A stretch of DNA of 64,000 nucleotides from Dehalococcoidia bacterium (GCA_965197635.1 CBDANN010000005.1:50219-114218); one strand, 5' to 3'; shown: positions 27,047 through 37,395, counted from the stretch's first letter. Notes: generated from the letters alone by a model not told the origin. Program-made: numbers and translations.

Positions 27047-27076
27047 TTGACACTGGCCACCGCATTGCAGTATCAA
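27047..27076 (+). promoter_or_regulatory. candidate sigma70-type promoter (TTGACA - 18 bp - TATCAA)
   Basis: Located about 65 bp upstream of the 27140 ORF, which has a strong SD (AAGGAGG at 27122). Confidence 0.35.
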
Positions 27077-27139
27077 AGGGCATAGGTTAGGCATAGACCT
27101 TGGAGCGCAGGTCAACCGCATAAGGAGGAAACAATAACA

Positions 27140-27301
27140 ATGACCACTCAGGTACAAATTTACTGTGTCAAGTGCAAGGCCAAGACCGATTCTCGCGACG
27201 TAGTGGGAGTTACCATGAAAAACGGGCGCCCGGCAACCCAGGCGATATGCGTGGATTGCGGCACCAAGAAATTCCGCATTGGAGCCACCCCTGCGGCGTA
27301 G
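27140..27301 (+). CDS. small zinc-ribbon protein (DUF5679-like)
   Basis: MTTQVQIYCVKCKAKTDSRDVVGVTMKNGRPATQAICVDCGTKKFRIGATPAA: two CxxC pairs and a strong SD. At 53 aa it falls below the ORF-track cutoff. Confidence 0.75.
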   Translation: MTTQVQIYCVKCKAKTDSRDVVGVTMKNGRPATQAICVDCGTKKFRIGATPAA

Positions 27302-27336
27302 GCGACAAGCGTAGAGCGGGATGGTCCGCTGACGAC

Positions 27337-27363
27337 GGGGCGTTCTGAGAGCGCCCCTTTTTT
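27337..27363 (+). terminator. rho-independent terminator
   Basis: GGGGCG-TTCTGAGAG-CGCCCC followed by TTTTTT. Confidence 0.7.
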
Positions 27364-27426
27364 GACGCCGCCGCGTGGCAGGCCGATGCTATACTTGGCG
27401 GCAGCGCAAAGCTCCGAGGCAGGGCG

Positions 27427-28488
27427 ATGGCAGTTTGGACGATAAAGGCCGGCAGTAGAGGCGAACATGAGGATACCTTCCTGAGCGAGGGTGTCGTGGC
27501 CCTTGGCTATGACCTTCGGCAAAGCATCGTCGACTTCGCGGACCGGGATGCTTTGCGTAGCCATGTTGCAAACCGCACGGGAGCCGACCAGCTGTGGCGC
27601 TTCTACACTGAAGTCAATCCCGGCGACGTGGTGGCGCTGCCCCGCAAACGAACCGGGGAAGTGGCGGTTGGGCGGATTAACGGCCCCTATGCCTATCAGC
27701 CGGAGTTGGCAGGAAGTGGCGCGCCGCACACCCGCAGCGTTGAATGGCAGGTTACGAACATCCCACGCTCGAATTTTGACCGGGATTTGCTGAATTCGCT
27801 GGGTTCGCAGCTGACCCTTTCGCAACCCGGCGCTCCCAACGCGGAGGCCCGGATCAGGCAAATCGCCAATATTTACCTGGAACTGGAAACCGCCCCGACT
27901 GGTGAGCCGGAGACGACGCAAGACGACGCAATGGCAACTGCCCGGGACGACGGCGCCGTTAGTATGGAGCCAACTGCAGAAAATGACCTTGACGACGACC
28001 TTGACCAGGTAATCAAGGACCGCATCGTCGCCCGTTTCCGCCGGCAATACGCCGGCGCCCAGTTGGAATATCTCGTATCCGGCATCCTGAAAGCATCCGG
28101 CTACCATGTGTTGCAAACCCGCAAGGGTCCAGACGGCGGTATCGACGTCCTGGCCGGCAAAGGTGATATGGGCTTTAGCGAACCTCGTCTGTGCGTACAG
28201 GTGAAGGGCCGTACTACTCCCGTGGACTTGCGGGAGTACAGCAGTCTGCCGGGCAATATAAACTCCTTTGGCGCCGACCACGGCCTGCTGGTCAGCCTGG
28301 GCGGATTCACCAAGCCGGTTCGCGACCGCAACGAGCAGCAGTCGTTCTTTATGATACGGCTGTGGGGGCCGGATGAACTGGCCCAAAGGCTGTTGGAGAA
28401 CTACGATTCCCTGCCGGGAGATATTCGCGCCGATTTTCGCGCCGACATTCCACTGGAAACCGCGCGGGTGCTGCGGCAAACGGATTAG
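27427..28488 (+). CDS. Mrr-family (type IV) restriction endonuclease
   Basis: C-terminal Mrr_cat-like core: GPDGGIDVLAGKGDMGF...LCVQVKGRTTPVDLREY...GLLVSLGGFT. An N-terminal wHTH-like domain is joined by an acidic linker. Confidence 0.8.
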   Translation: MAVWTIKAGSRGEHEDTFLSEGVVALGYDLRQSIVDFADRDALRSHVANRTGADQLWRFYTEVNPGDVVALPRKRTGEVAVGRINGPYAYQPELAGSGAPHTRSVEWQVTNIPRSNFDRDLLNSLGSQLTLSQPGAPNAEARIRQIANIYLELETAPTGEPETTQDDAMATARDDGAVSMEPTAENDLDDDLDQVIKDRIVARFRRQYAGAQLEYLVSGILKASGYHVLQTRKGPDGGIDVLAGKGDMGFSEPRLCVQVKGRTTPVDLREYSSLPGNINSFGADHGLLVSLGGFTKPVRDRNEQQSFFMIRLWGPDELAQRLLENYDSLPGDIRADFRADIPLETARVLRQTD

Positions 28489-28492
28489 ATGC

Positions 28493-29866
28493 CTAGCCGC
28501 TGAGCCACCTCAGCAGCCGTCCCCCAATCCCCCGCGTCAGCCCGTTCAGATACCCCTCCCAGGCCAGTTGCTGACTGCCGGTGACCAGCGAAGGGTAGGG
28601 ATGGAGCGTCGTTGCAACGTCCTTGAGCTTCATCCCGCGCTCGGCGGCCATCGCCCATTCCTGTATCACCTCCGAGGCGCGTGGGCCGACAACCGTAGCG
28701 CCCAGGATGGCTCCGTTGGTACGGTGGACGACTTTGATGAATCCGTCGGTCGTCCCGTCGGTGACGGCCCGGTCTATGTGGGACATCGGCAGGGTGGAAA
28801 CCCGTACGGTGTCGCTAAACCGCAGACGCGCCTGCTCCTCGGTGGATCCGACGTGGGCCACCTCCGGGTCGGTGAAAGTTGCCCACGGCACGAGATCTCG
28901 TCGCCCCCTGGCACGTCCGGGCAGCAAGGCGTTGCGGACCGCCATCGCGCCCTGAAAGCCGGCGTAGTGGGTGAACTGGTAACCGCCGACGCAATCGCCG
29001 GCGGCGTAAATGTTCTTGGTGGTAGTACGGAGGCAATCATCCACGGTGATGCCGGCAGGCGTATAGGCCACGCCGGCCGCTTCCAACCCCAACCCGTCGA
29101 GTTGAGGCCGACGCCCGACGGCTACCAGAACGGCATCGCCCCATTCGGCGATAGCAGCCGCTGATTCGATCCTGGTGGACAGCCGAACATCCACTCCATC
29201 AGCCTGTAGAGCCTTGACGACCGCCTGGCTTGCTTCCGGTTCGTCGTTGGGCAATAGCCGGTCCAGAGCCTCCACCAGCGTAACCGGCGACCCCAGCCGT
29301 TGCGACGCCTGGGTCATTTCACAGCCTATCGGCCCGCCGCCGATGACGACGAGACGCGGCGGCAGCGTTTCCAGTTGCCAGAAGGATTCATAGGTCAGGT
29401 ACGGAGTATCGGCCAAGCCGGGGATCGGCGGAATGAAGGGCGATGCTCCCGTGCAGATCAAGAAGTATTTGGCCGAGATTTCACGCCGGCCGGCCTTGAC
29501 GGTGTTTGAGTCGCTGAACTCCGCGCGAGCCTCGATCACGTCAATGCCCTCGGCACGCAGCTTATCCGGCGATTCCTCGGCGTAAATCCGCTCGATGACC
29601 GCGCGAATGCGGGACATCACCGCCGCGAAATCCACGGCGGGTTCACCGGCAATGATCCCGTAGTCGCCGGCCGTCCGCACGCCATGGGCCACCTTGGCTG
29701 CCTGCAACAGCGCCTTGCTGGGTACGCAGCCGGTCCAGGTGCAGTCGCCGCCGACCCGGTTGGCCTCAATGAGCGCAACTCGCTTGCCCAGCCGAGCCGC
29801 GAAACGCGCCGCCGTGAGGCCGGCGGAGCCGGCGCCGATGATCGCCAAATCGTAGCGGGCCGGCAT
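28493..29866 (-). CDS. pyridine nucleotide-disulfide oxidoreductase (dihydrolipoyl dehydrogenase/mercuric reductase family)
   Basis: YDLAIIGAGSAGLTAA, redox disulfide GGDCTWTGCVPSK, and a second GxGxxG (VVIGGGPIGCE). Confidence 0.85.
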   Translation of the reverse strand: MPARYDLAIIGAGSAGLTAARFAARLGKRVALIEANRVGGDCTWTGCVPSKALLQAAKVAHGVRTAGDYGIIAGEPAVDFAAVMSRIRAVIERIYAEESPDKLRAEGIDVIEARAEFSDSNTVKAGRREISAKYFLICTGASPFIPPIPGLADTPYLTYESFWQLETLPPRLVVIGGGPIGCEMTQASQRLGSPVTLVEALDRLLPNDEPEASQAVVKALQADGVDVRLSTRIESAAAIAEWGDAVLVAVGRRPQLDGLGLEAAGVAYTPAGITVDDCLRTTTKNIYAAGDCVGGYQFTHYAGFQGAMAVRNALLPGRARGRRDLVPWATFTDPEVAHVGSTEEQARLRFSDTVRVSTLPMSHIDRAVTDGTTDGFIKVVHRTNGAILGATVVGPRASEVIQEWAMAAERGMKLKDVATTLHPYPSLVTGSQQLAWEGYLNGLTRGIGGRLLRWLSG

Positions 29867-29881
29867 GGTTCGACGCCGAAT

Positions 29882-31384
29882 TTAGCGCGGCCCCTTGATC
29901 TGGTCGGGCAGCCAGAGGGCCAGTTCGGGGAAGGCAATAATCAAGCCGATGACCACGGCCATGCAGGCCATGAAAGGCAGCACGCCGATGTACACGTCGT
30001 TGATGGTGCCCGTTTGGGCAATTTGGCCGGTTGCGGCGACCTCTTGTTGGGCCACGTCGTGACGCGCCCCCTGCAGCACGTACAGGCTCAGGCCCTGCGG
30101 CGGGCTGATCTGGGCCGCCTCCAGCAGGATGATCATGATGATGCCGAACCACAGCAAGTCGACGTCCGCCGCCCGCAGTACGGGAGAGATGATGGGCAGG
30201 GTCGTCAGCATCATGGAGTAGGCTTCCATGAACGTGCCGAGCAAGAGGTAAAAAACCACGAGGAACAGCACCAACTGCACGGTGGTCAGCTGGAAACCGG
30301 CCACCCATTCCGCCATGGTGATGGAGATGCGAAGGTAAGCGAAAGCGAATTGCAGCGTGAACGCCGCCATCAGTATGAACAGGATCATGGCCGAGGATCG
30401 GGCCGCCGACCCGCAGGCTTCCATGCTCATTTGCACGATGAAACGGCAGTAGTTGCGGAAGCTCTCGCCATCGAAACGGTACTGAGCGCGCCCGTCTTCC
30501 AAAGTGGCGCGGACTTCCGGCGACAGCCGGTCCGCGATGCCGGAATTGAGCAGGAAACCGGCGATGTCGCCGGCAAACAGGCGCACGAAGTTGTAGATGA
30601 TGGCCAATGCGAGCGCGCCGCTGACGCCGAATCCCGCCGCCTCCGATGGTGTCGCCCAACCGAAATAGATGCTGCCCAGCACGATGAATATCAGCGCCAG
30701 CACCGGGATCATCAGCACCGTGAACAGCAGCCGCTCCGTCCAGCCCTCCCAGGTCCAGAACCGCGTTTGTGACTGGCGAGGCGCGATGGCCGGCCAGATG
30801 ACGGAGGCCAGGCCGATCATCATCATGAACACCAGCGCCAGCAGGATGCCGGGGATAAAACCGGCCAGAAACAGCCGCCCGATGGATTCGCCAACGGTGA
30901 GTCCGTACAGCACCAGCAGGATGCTCGGCGGGATCAGGATGCCCAGGGTTCCGCCGGCGGCCAGGGAACCCACGACGAGCCGCTCCTGGTAACCCTGGGC
31001 GCGGAAGGACGGCAGGGCCACCCGGCTGACCGTGGCCGCGGTGGCGATGCTGGAGCCGGCGCAGGCGGCGAACACCGCGCACGATGCGATATTGGTGTGC
31101 ATGAGTCCGCCGGGAATGAAATCCACCCACCGGGACAGGGCGCGATACATCAGATCGGCAAAGCCGCCGCGCAGCACGATTTCCCCCATCAGGATGAACA
31201 ACGGGATGGCCACCAGGTTGACGTTGGTGTTGGTCTCCCAGGCCCGGTTGCCCATGATATTCCAGACCGGGTTGTCGGAGAACAGGTTGAGCAACATCAA
31301 CGCCAGCGAACCCAGGGCGCCGGCCACGTACATGCCCGCGAAAAACATGACGGCCATCAGGATGAATGCGATTGCGATCAGCAT
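29882..31384 (-). CDS. TRAP transporter large permease (DctM family)
   Basis: VAIPLFILMGEI, PGGLMHTNIASCAVFAACAGSSIATAATV, GTLGILIPPS. At 500 aa it is longer than typical. Confidence 0.85.
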   Translation of the reverse strand: MLIAIAFILMAVMFFAGMYVAGALGSLALMLLNLFSDNPVWNIMGNRAWETNTNVNLVAIPLFILMGEIVLRGGFADLMYRALSRWVDFIPGGLMHTNIASCAVFAACAGSSIATAATVSRVALPSFRAQGYQERLVVGSLAAGGTLGILIPPSILLVLYGLTVGESIGRLFLAGFIPGILLALVFMMMIGLASVIWPAIAPRQSQTRFWTWEGWTERLLFTVLMIPVLALIFIVLGSIYFGWATPSEAAGFGVSGALALAIIYNFVRLFAGDIAGFLLNSGIADRLSPEVRATLEDGRAQYRFDGESFRNYCRFIVQMSMEACGSAARSSAMILFILMAAFTLQFAFAYLRISITMAEWVAGFQLTTVQLVLFLVVFYLLLGTFMEAYSMMLTTLPIISPVLRAADVDLLWFGIIMIILLEAAQISPPQGLSLYVLQGARHDVAQQEVAATGQIAQTGTINDVYIGVLPFMACMAVVIGLIIAFPELALWLPDQIKGPR

Positions 31385-31609
31385 TATTCGATTGGCCGGT
31401 CAGTTGGTCGCCAAGGGGAATAAGCACGCGAAAACCCCGTCGTGCGAGCCCTTTACTGATCTGGCACGGAGCCTCCGGCACGGGACGCCGCGGCGACGGG
31501 GTAATAGCGAAGGAATGATAGCCGACCGACCGGGCACTGTCCAGCCGAATCCACCAAGCGTCGCGGGTTGTTATAATCGGCTCCGACCGATGAATACGCA
31601 GGAGGTTTG

Positions 31610-32515
31610 ATGATGGCTGATGATTTGTCCGGGCTGCTGGCCGAAACCGAATTGACCTTGTTGGATGGAACTCTGGACCGCACCGAAGGCCCCCTGTGGC
31701 ACCCGGGAGGGTATTTGACCTTCGTGGACCTGGGACGCGAGCATTTGTTGAAGTGGGACCCACCAACCCGCGCGACAACGGTGATCCGCGAGAACACCGG
31801 CGAGGGCAACGGCTGCACCCTGGATCGGCAGGGCCACCTGCTGATGTGCGAGGGAGCCGACCATCGCTGCGTGACCCGCATGGGCGCTGATGGCAACGTC
31901 GTGACCATCGCCGACCGGTGGGACGGTAAGCGATTCAACAAGCCCAACGACGTTATCTGCCGCAGCGATGGTACGGTTTTCTTCACCGACCCGCACCTGC
32001 GGTTTCCCGAAGAGCGGCGAGAAATTCCTTTCGCCGGCGTCTATCGCATTGACACCGCCGGCGACGTGCATCTGGCCACCGACGAGTGTGAGTACGCCAA
32101 CGGCCTGGCGCTGTCCCCCGATGAGACGGTTCTCTACGTCGCCATCAGTCGGGCCGAGGCGGCGGATTTCGACCGGGAGGAGCGCGGCGAGTTCTGCCCC
32201 AACCGGCGCATCCGCGCTTTTGACGTGGCCGCCGATGGAACCCTCAGCGGCAACCGCATCCTGCTAGAGATGGGATCGGACGCGCCCGGCGTGCCCGACG
32301 GCATGAAGGTGGACACGGCCGGCCGGGTCTGGTGCACCGGCTCCGGCGGCGTGTGGATTGTGTCGCCGGAAGGCGAACGCCTTGGGGTACTTGAAACTCC
32401 GGAGGTGACGCGAAACATCTGCTTCGGCGGCGACGATTACCGAACGCTGTTCCTCACGTCTGGAGCGTCCCTTTACAGCATAGGGGTTACGACGCCGGGG
32501 ATTGGGGCTTTCTGA
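31610..32515 (+). CDS. SMP-30/gluconolactonase/LRE-family protein
   Basis: EGPLWHP..., NGCTLDRQGHLLMCE, NKPNDVICRSDGTVFFTDP, ANGLALSPDE, PDGMKVDTAGRVW. TATAAT at 31572. Confidence 0.85.
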   Translation: MMADDLSGLLAETELTLLDGTLDRTEGPLWHPGGYLTFVDLGREHLLKWDPPTRATTVIRENTGEGNGCTLDRQGHLLMCEGADHRCVTRMGADGNVVTIADRWDGKRFNKPNDVICRSDGTVFFTDPHLRFPEERREIPFAGVYRIDTAGDVHLATDECEYANGLALSPDETVLYVAISRAEAADFDREERGEFCPNRRIRAFDVAADGTLSGNRILLEMGSDAPGVPDGMKVDTAGRVWCTGSGGVWIVSPEGERLGVLETPEVTRNICFGGDDYRTLFLTSGASLYSIGVTTPGIGAF

Positions 32516-32538
32516 TTGAGGGGCGGTACTCCGAAAAA

Positions 32539-32571
32539 CTGGTAGGGGCGAATAATTATTGCCCCTACCAG
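32539..32571 (-). terminator. stem-loop terminator between convergent genes
   Basis: CTGGTAGGGGC-(11 nt)-GCCCCTACCAG, with an A5 run on the plus strand just 5' of it (a U-tract for the minus-strand transcript). Confidence 0.6.
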
Positions 32572-32578
32572 TAGCAGA

Positions 32579-32866
32579 CTATTCCGGGGGCAGCAGGTCA
32601 TCCAATCTGATGCCTTGTTTCATAAGGCAGCTCTTGATGGTGGCGCGTTCAACAGCGCGGCCGGTGGCTAAACCGGAGACGCGGCCGGCTTTCCAGGCGG
32701 CGATTTCAAACTCGGTGCGCTTTTTGGCGGCACGGCGTTCGTTGAAGTAGAGCCAGAGTTCACACATAGCCTCAATGCCCCGGCGTCCCAACGGCGCGGT
32801 TAAATCGCTGCTCTCCGGAAAAGGGCGCGGGCGGTAGGGTTGCCCAGATCCAGGGCGTGCCAGCAT
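32579..32866 (-). CDS. hypothetical protein (start may lie further upstream)
   Basis: ORF with balanced composition. The frame stays open upstream of the first ATG. Confidence 0.35.
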   Translation of the reverse strand: MLARPGSGQPYRPRPFPESSDLTAPLGRRGIEAMCELWLYFNERRAAKKRTEFEIAAWKAGRVSGLATGRAVERATIKSCLMKQGIRLDDLLPPE

Positions 32867-33043
32867 TTCGTCGGAGTCATGACCTTGCTCAATCAGCTTG
32901 GCGCGAACCTTCGCTATCCACTGGGCATCTGACTCTGATGATGCGGGCCGCGAAGTCAGGCATTGCCCGGTTGTGGCTGTTTGGCCTGCTCATTGAACCG
33001 GTACCTGTGATTGATTGCGATGGCAACGGGGTACGCTATATTC

Positions 33044-33478
33044 TTACGCTACATTGCCTGAATCGGGATGTCGCCCGTTGGAACTTAGTAGCTCGTTCAG
33101 GTCGTAACCCCGCTGTTGGAGTTGGTCTCGGATCTCGGCGTGGCCCTCCTCTCGGCCCTCCTGACGGCCCTGGCTCAGGGCTTCGGCTATTTCACGGGCA
33201 CGCCGCGCGCGATTTTCCTGATACTTGTCCCAGGCTTTGATAAACAGCACTATGATCCCTCCTCCTACCAGAATCAGCAGGATGACGAGGATAATCGTTC
33301 CGCCGCCGATTTCGCCCAGCCGGTTCAGGTAGTTGGCGATGTCGTGAAAGGTACGCTGCGCCGTCGAGTCTTTGGGCAGCACACTTTCGCCGAGCATTAT
33401 AATCAGGCTGACTACGGCTGCCGCATACAGCGCAATCGTGGCAATCGTTGCCCACAGCTCCAAACGTCGCCAGTTCAT
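33044..33478 (-). CDS. hypothetical membrane protein
   Basis: Starts MNWRRLELWATIATIALYAAAVVSLIIML; a second TM GGTIILVILLILVGGGIIVLFI; a charged C-terminus. Confidence 0.5.
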   Translation of the reverse strand: MNWRRLELWATIATIALYAAAVVSLIIMLGESVLPKDSTAQRTFHDIANYLNRLGEIGGGTIILVILLILVGGGIIVLFIKAWDKYQENRARRAREIAEALSQGRQEGREEGHAEIRDQLQQRGYDLNELLSSNGRHPDSGNVA

Positions 33479-33634
33479 TAGCCTAAGCTTATTGTAGTAT
33501 TTGGAGCAATGGGAATAACCCATCTGACAGTCGTCAAATCGGCGCAGTGTCGGTAAGGCGAGCCGATTTGTGGTAAAACTAACCTGGACTAAAAACGGAT
33601 TGCCGAACAAAGTTACAATGACGAGGAGGCTCTG

Positions 33635-34555
33635 ATGACTACCGCCACCAACGTCGTCGGAAACGGCGCGCACACTTACGAGTTCGACCGGAACTGGGCC
33701 CAGGCTCCCGATGGCATCCCCATGCCCGCCGCCGCCGTGTTCGGCGACGACGAGGATCGGGTGTATTGTTTCAACCGCAACGCGGAACACCCCATCATGA
33801 TTTTTGACCGCGAGGGCAAGTTCATCAAGTCGTGGGGAGCCGGAATGTTTGAATTCCCCCACGCCATCATCATCGACCAGTGGGGCTATGTCTGGTTGGT
33901 TGACCGCAACATGGGTCAGATTTTCAAGCTGACCAAGGACGGCGAGGTGGTGATGACCATCGGCGAGCGCGGCTATCGCTCCGATACCGGCGCCAACAAT
34001 AACGCCTTCGACTCAAATTCCTGGCATCAGGTGGAGCGGGGCGCGGAACCCTTCAATATGCCGGCTGGCATCGCGCTGAACGACGCCGGGGAGATTTACA
34101 TCGCCGACGGCTACGCCAACGCCCGCGTCCACAAATTCACGCCCAACGGTGAGCTCATATTCTCCTGGGGCGAGCCGGGCGCTGGCCCTGGCCAGTTCAA
34201 CCTGCCGCACGGGGCCTGGATCGACCGGCAGGGGAACCTGCTCATTGCCGACCGGGAAAACGACCGGGTGCAGGTATTCCAGCAGGACGGCACCCACGTT
34301 GCCGACTGGCCCAGTAAGCTCATCGGCCCGGCGGTGATCTGCATCGATGACGACGACGTGGCCTACGTCGCCGAGCACAACGGCGGTATGCTGAGCATCC
34401 TGGACGCCAACGGCGCGAGGCTGGCGCAGTGGGGCGATTTGACCCACCGGAGCTGCCACGGCGTCTGGGTGGACAGCCAGAAAGACCTCTACGTTGTGGA
34501 GCCTTATGAAGGCAGCACCGGGCGTACCGTTGTGAAGTACACGCGCAAAGGCTAA
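33635..34555 (+). CDS. NHL-repeat beta-propeller protein (peptidylglycine-lyase-like)
   Basis: Repeated FxxPHGI..D..G.I.VAD..N.RV..F units, e.g. FNMPAGIALNDAGEIYIADGYANARVHKF and FNLPHGAWIDRQGNLLIADRENDRVQVF. Confidence 0.8.
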   Translation: MTTATNVVGNGAHTYEFDRNWAQAPDGIPMPAAAVFGDDEDRVYCFNRNAEHPIMIFDREGKFIKSWGAGMFEFPHAIIIDQWGYVWLVDRNMGQIFKLTKDGEVVMTIGERGYRSDTGANNNAFDSNSWHQVERGAEPFNMPAGIALNDAGEIYIADGYANARVHKFTPNGELIFSWGEPGAGPGQFNLPHGAWIDRQGNLLIADRENDRVQVFQQDGTHVADWPSKLIGPAVICIDDDDVAYVAEHNGGMLSILDANGARLAQWGDLTHRSCHGVWVDSQKDLYVVEPYEGSTGRTVVKYTRKG

Positions 34556-34634
34556 CGGCGCGGTTGCGGAGTTCGCAGGGGGTTTGCTAGAATGGAAACG
34601 CGCCGCCGGTGTGGATTGGCGGCGCGCCGACCTC

Positions 34635-34710
34635 GGGGCTGTAGCTCATTTGGGAGAGCGCTTCAATGGCATTGAAGAGGCAGCGGGTTCGATTCCCGCC
34701 AGCTCCACCA
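34635..34710 (+). tRNA. tRNA-Ala (anticodon GGC)
   Basis: GGGGCTG acceptor with G3:U70, anticodon loop AT-GGC-AT, T-arm GCGGGTTCGATTCCCGC, encoded CCA. Confidence 0.9.
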
Positions 34711-35774
34711 CTCCGTCATCCTGGAGTTTGACGTGCCCAGCTACCGCACCGATGCAGCCCAGCAACGAGGCCAGACCCAGGAGGTGAACCGGCAAAACTC
34801 ATCGACGACAATTCGGCAAATTTAGTTGACGCGGGACAATATGTAGTAGCCTAAATTGGCACTATACGGTAGTCGTGAAACCATGGACGCATAGGGACCT
34901 TAGGCACCAACGGGACGGGTGATGCTGTTCGGCATCGTGTTTTGGGGAGCGCCGCATTGTTGTGCGGGACTTCCCATTTTAGCCCGTAACGGTTCGCCCG
35001 GTCACTTCGCGCACCCCACCTCACCCTACCCTCCTCGCTTTCACTGGCACTGACAAAATCCATTTAGGCAATACCTTTCCGGAACCAGCTTCGCTCTGCA
35101 AGTCGGGTTGCCCGTCCGCCTGTGCAGCGCCACAGGAGCTATACGTACGCGTTTCAGGGGCTTGGGTCAGTGTTGGCAGCGTTCGGGTAGGTCAGGGCAG
35201 CGTGATGACCGCTGCCGCTGGTCGACAATACCGGTCAGGGCAACGACCACCCTGCCGCGCCAAGCGCGGATCTGTTCAACGAAGCACGGGCTCTACTGGG
35301 CAAGTACGGCGTCCGCCCGTCGGAACTGGCCTACATCGCCGACGTGGGGACGTACATCAAGTCGGCGGCCGTTGGCTAGTCCCACACGCTGGACAAGCTG
35401 GGGCCGCAGGCCACTCTGCTCAACAGACAGCTGGCGCAGGTAGGCGGCATCCCTGCCATCGTGTTGGAGCAGATGGCCAGGTCGGACACCTATGGCAAGG
35501 GTAACGCTCCGCGCATCGTCCCGTCTTCTGTCGGTGGGGTGCGGCGCGGTACGACTGGACCGCGCCGTTAGCGTTACAAAAGTGTTGCATCTCTGCGTGG
35601 TGGCGACGTAGTTGGGGCTCGCTGCGTGACCGTCGGCCTACTCGGCTAGGGCGTGGTGCGTTCGACGCCGCTGGACATAGCTGCCGTAGCGCGGGCCAAA
35701 TCAACCCCGGCACCTGCAGTGTCACCGGTTCAGTTCAATTGCCGAAAGCAATGTTATGCCCGCATCCGGGCTGG

Positions 35775-36000
35775 GCAGAGGCGACTAACTGATGAGTTTG
35801 CCCCAGGATGTATGCTCATGGTGAGGCGTGTCGTCCGGACCAAGACCGAGAGGACATTGGTGCGTATTGCCCGATCTATAGCATGGTCTGGGAGCCTTAC
35901 GACGGCATCATTGGTGACGCCCCGTTGGGGGCGATCCCGTTGGGGAGAGTGGCTACATTCCGCGGCTCTTTCCGGCGTCACGTCTACGCAGCCATCGTGG
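35775..36000 (+). ncRNA. candidate IS110 bridge RNA / structured 5' leader
   Basis: A non-coding block directly upstream of the recombinase, with conserved segments shared with the second copy at 37420-37670 and local hairpins (GACGCCCCGTTGGGGGCG). The assignment rests on published IS110 biology and is not proven here. Confidence 0.45.
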
Positions 36001-36005
36001 AGGGA

Positions 36006-37395
36006 ATGATGAGCGGACGCCAGAACAGCGCGAAACCGGCGGGGTTGTCCCAGCTGAACCGGAACGCGGCGGGCATCGACGTGGGCGCCACCAGCCACTA
36101 TGTGGCGGTGCCCGCTGACCGGGCGGAACCGCCAGTGCAAGAGTTTGAGGCTTTCACGGCGGACCTGTATCGACTGGCCGAGTGGCTGGCGGAGTGCGGC
36201 GTGGCAACCGTGGTCATGGAGTCCACCGGCGTGTACTGGATACCCCTGTTCGGGGTGCTGGAAGAGCGTGGGTTTGCGGTGATGCTAGTGGACCCCCGGC
36301 GCATCAAGAACGTGCCAGGGCGCAAGACCGACGTGGCGGACTGCCAGTGGCGGCAGCAGTTGCACACCTACGGCCTGCTCTCGGGAGCCTTCCGTCCCGA
36401 CGGGGACATCCGACGCCGGCGCAGCTACCTGCGGCAGCGGGCCATGCTGGTGGAATACGCCTCCCACCACGTCCAGCACATGCAGAAAGCCTTGACCCAG
36501 ATGAACGTGAAGTTGCAGCACGTGATCCGGGACATCACCGGCAAGACCGGCATGGACATCATGGAGGCCATCGTGGGTGGCGAGCCGAACCCGCGGAAAT
36601 TGGCGCGGTCTGCGCGATCCCAGGATCAAGGCCGACGAGAAGACCATCGCCAGGTCGCTGCGGGGGCACTGGCGCGACGAGCACATCTTCGAGCTGACCC
36701 AGGCGCTGGAGTTGTACCGGTTCTATCACGACAAAATTGCCGAGTGCGACCGTGAGATCGAAGCCCAGTTGGAGCGGTTTGATGACCGCAGCGACGGCGG
36801 GTCTCCCGCTCCCAACGGCAAGAAGCGGAACCAGAAGAACGCGCCGCGTTTCGACGTCCAGAGCCATCTGTACCGGATGACTGGGGTGGACCTGACCTGT
36901 ATCGACGGCGTGGACGGCTTCACGGCGTTGAAGGTGATCAGCGAAGTCGGCGCCGACCTGACCAAATGGCCCAGCGCCAAGCATTTCGCGTCCTGGCTGG
37001 GGCTGAGCCCCCACAACCGCATCACAGGTGGTCGGATCATCAGCTCAAAGACCAAAGCCAGCGCCAACCGTGCGGCGGCGGCATTACGGCTGGCAGCCAA
37101 CGCCCTTCACCGCTCGGACAGCGCCCAGGGCGCCTTCCTGCGCCGGAAGAAAGCTCAGCTGGGCGCGCCCAAGGCCATTACCGCCACCGCGCACAAGCTG
37201 GCCAGGCTCATCTATTCCATGCTGCGCTACGGCCAGGAGTACGTGGACGCTGGAGCCGAGTACTACGAAACTCAGTATCAGCGCCGGGCGTTACGTGCAG
37301 CCAAGCGTCGGGCGGCACAGTTGGGCTACCAACTGGTGCCCATGGTCGATGACCATGCTTCCGCACCGCCCCACGGAGTGGAGGTAGCGGCGTGA
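36006..37395 (+). pseudogene. IS110-family transposase, one +1 frameshift near 36605
   Basis: MMSGRQNS...AAGIDVGATSHYVAV...VVMESTGVYWIPL (DEDD N-terminal domain). After the frame change: LTCIDGVDGFTALKVISEVG...AKHFASWLGLSPHNRITGG (C-terminal domain). Confidence 0.85.

Noticed and set aside
27160-28479. 439-aa minus-strand ORF covering the Mrr gene
   Set aside because: It is antisense to an ORF with recognisable Mrr catalytic motifs, and it has no motifs of its own.
29684-31778. 670-aa minus-strand and 362-aa plus-strand ORFs overlapping the DctM gene
   Set aside because: These are alternate and antisense frames of a clear 12-TM permease, with Arg/Gly/Pro/His-rich low-complexity translations.
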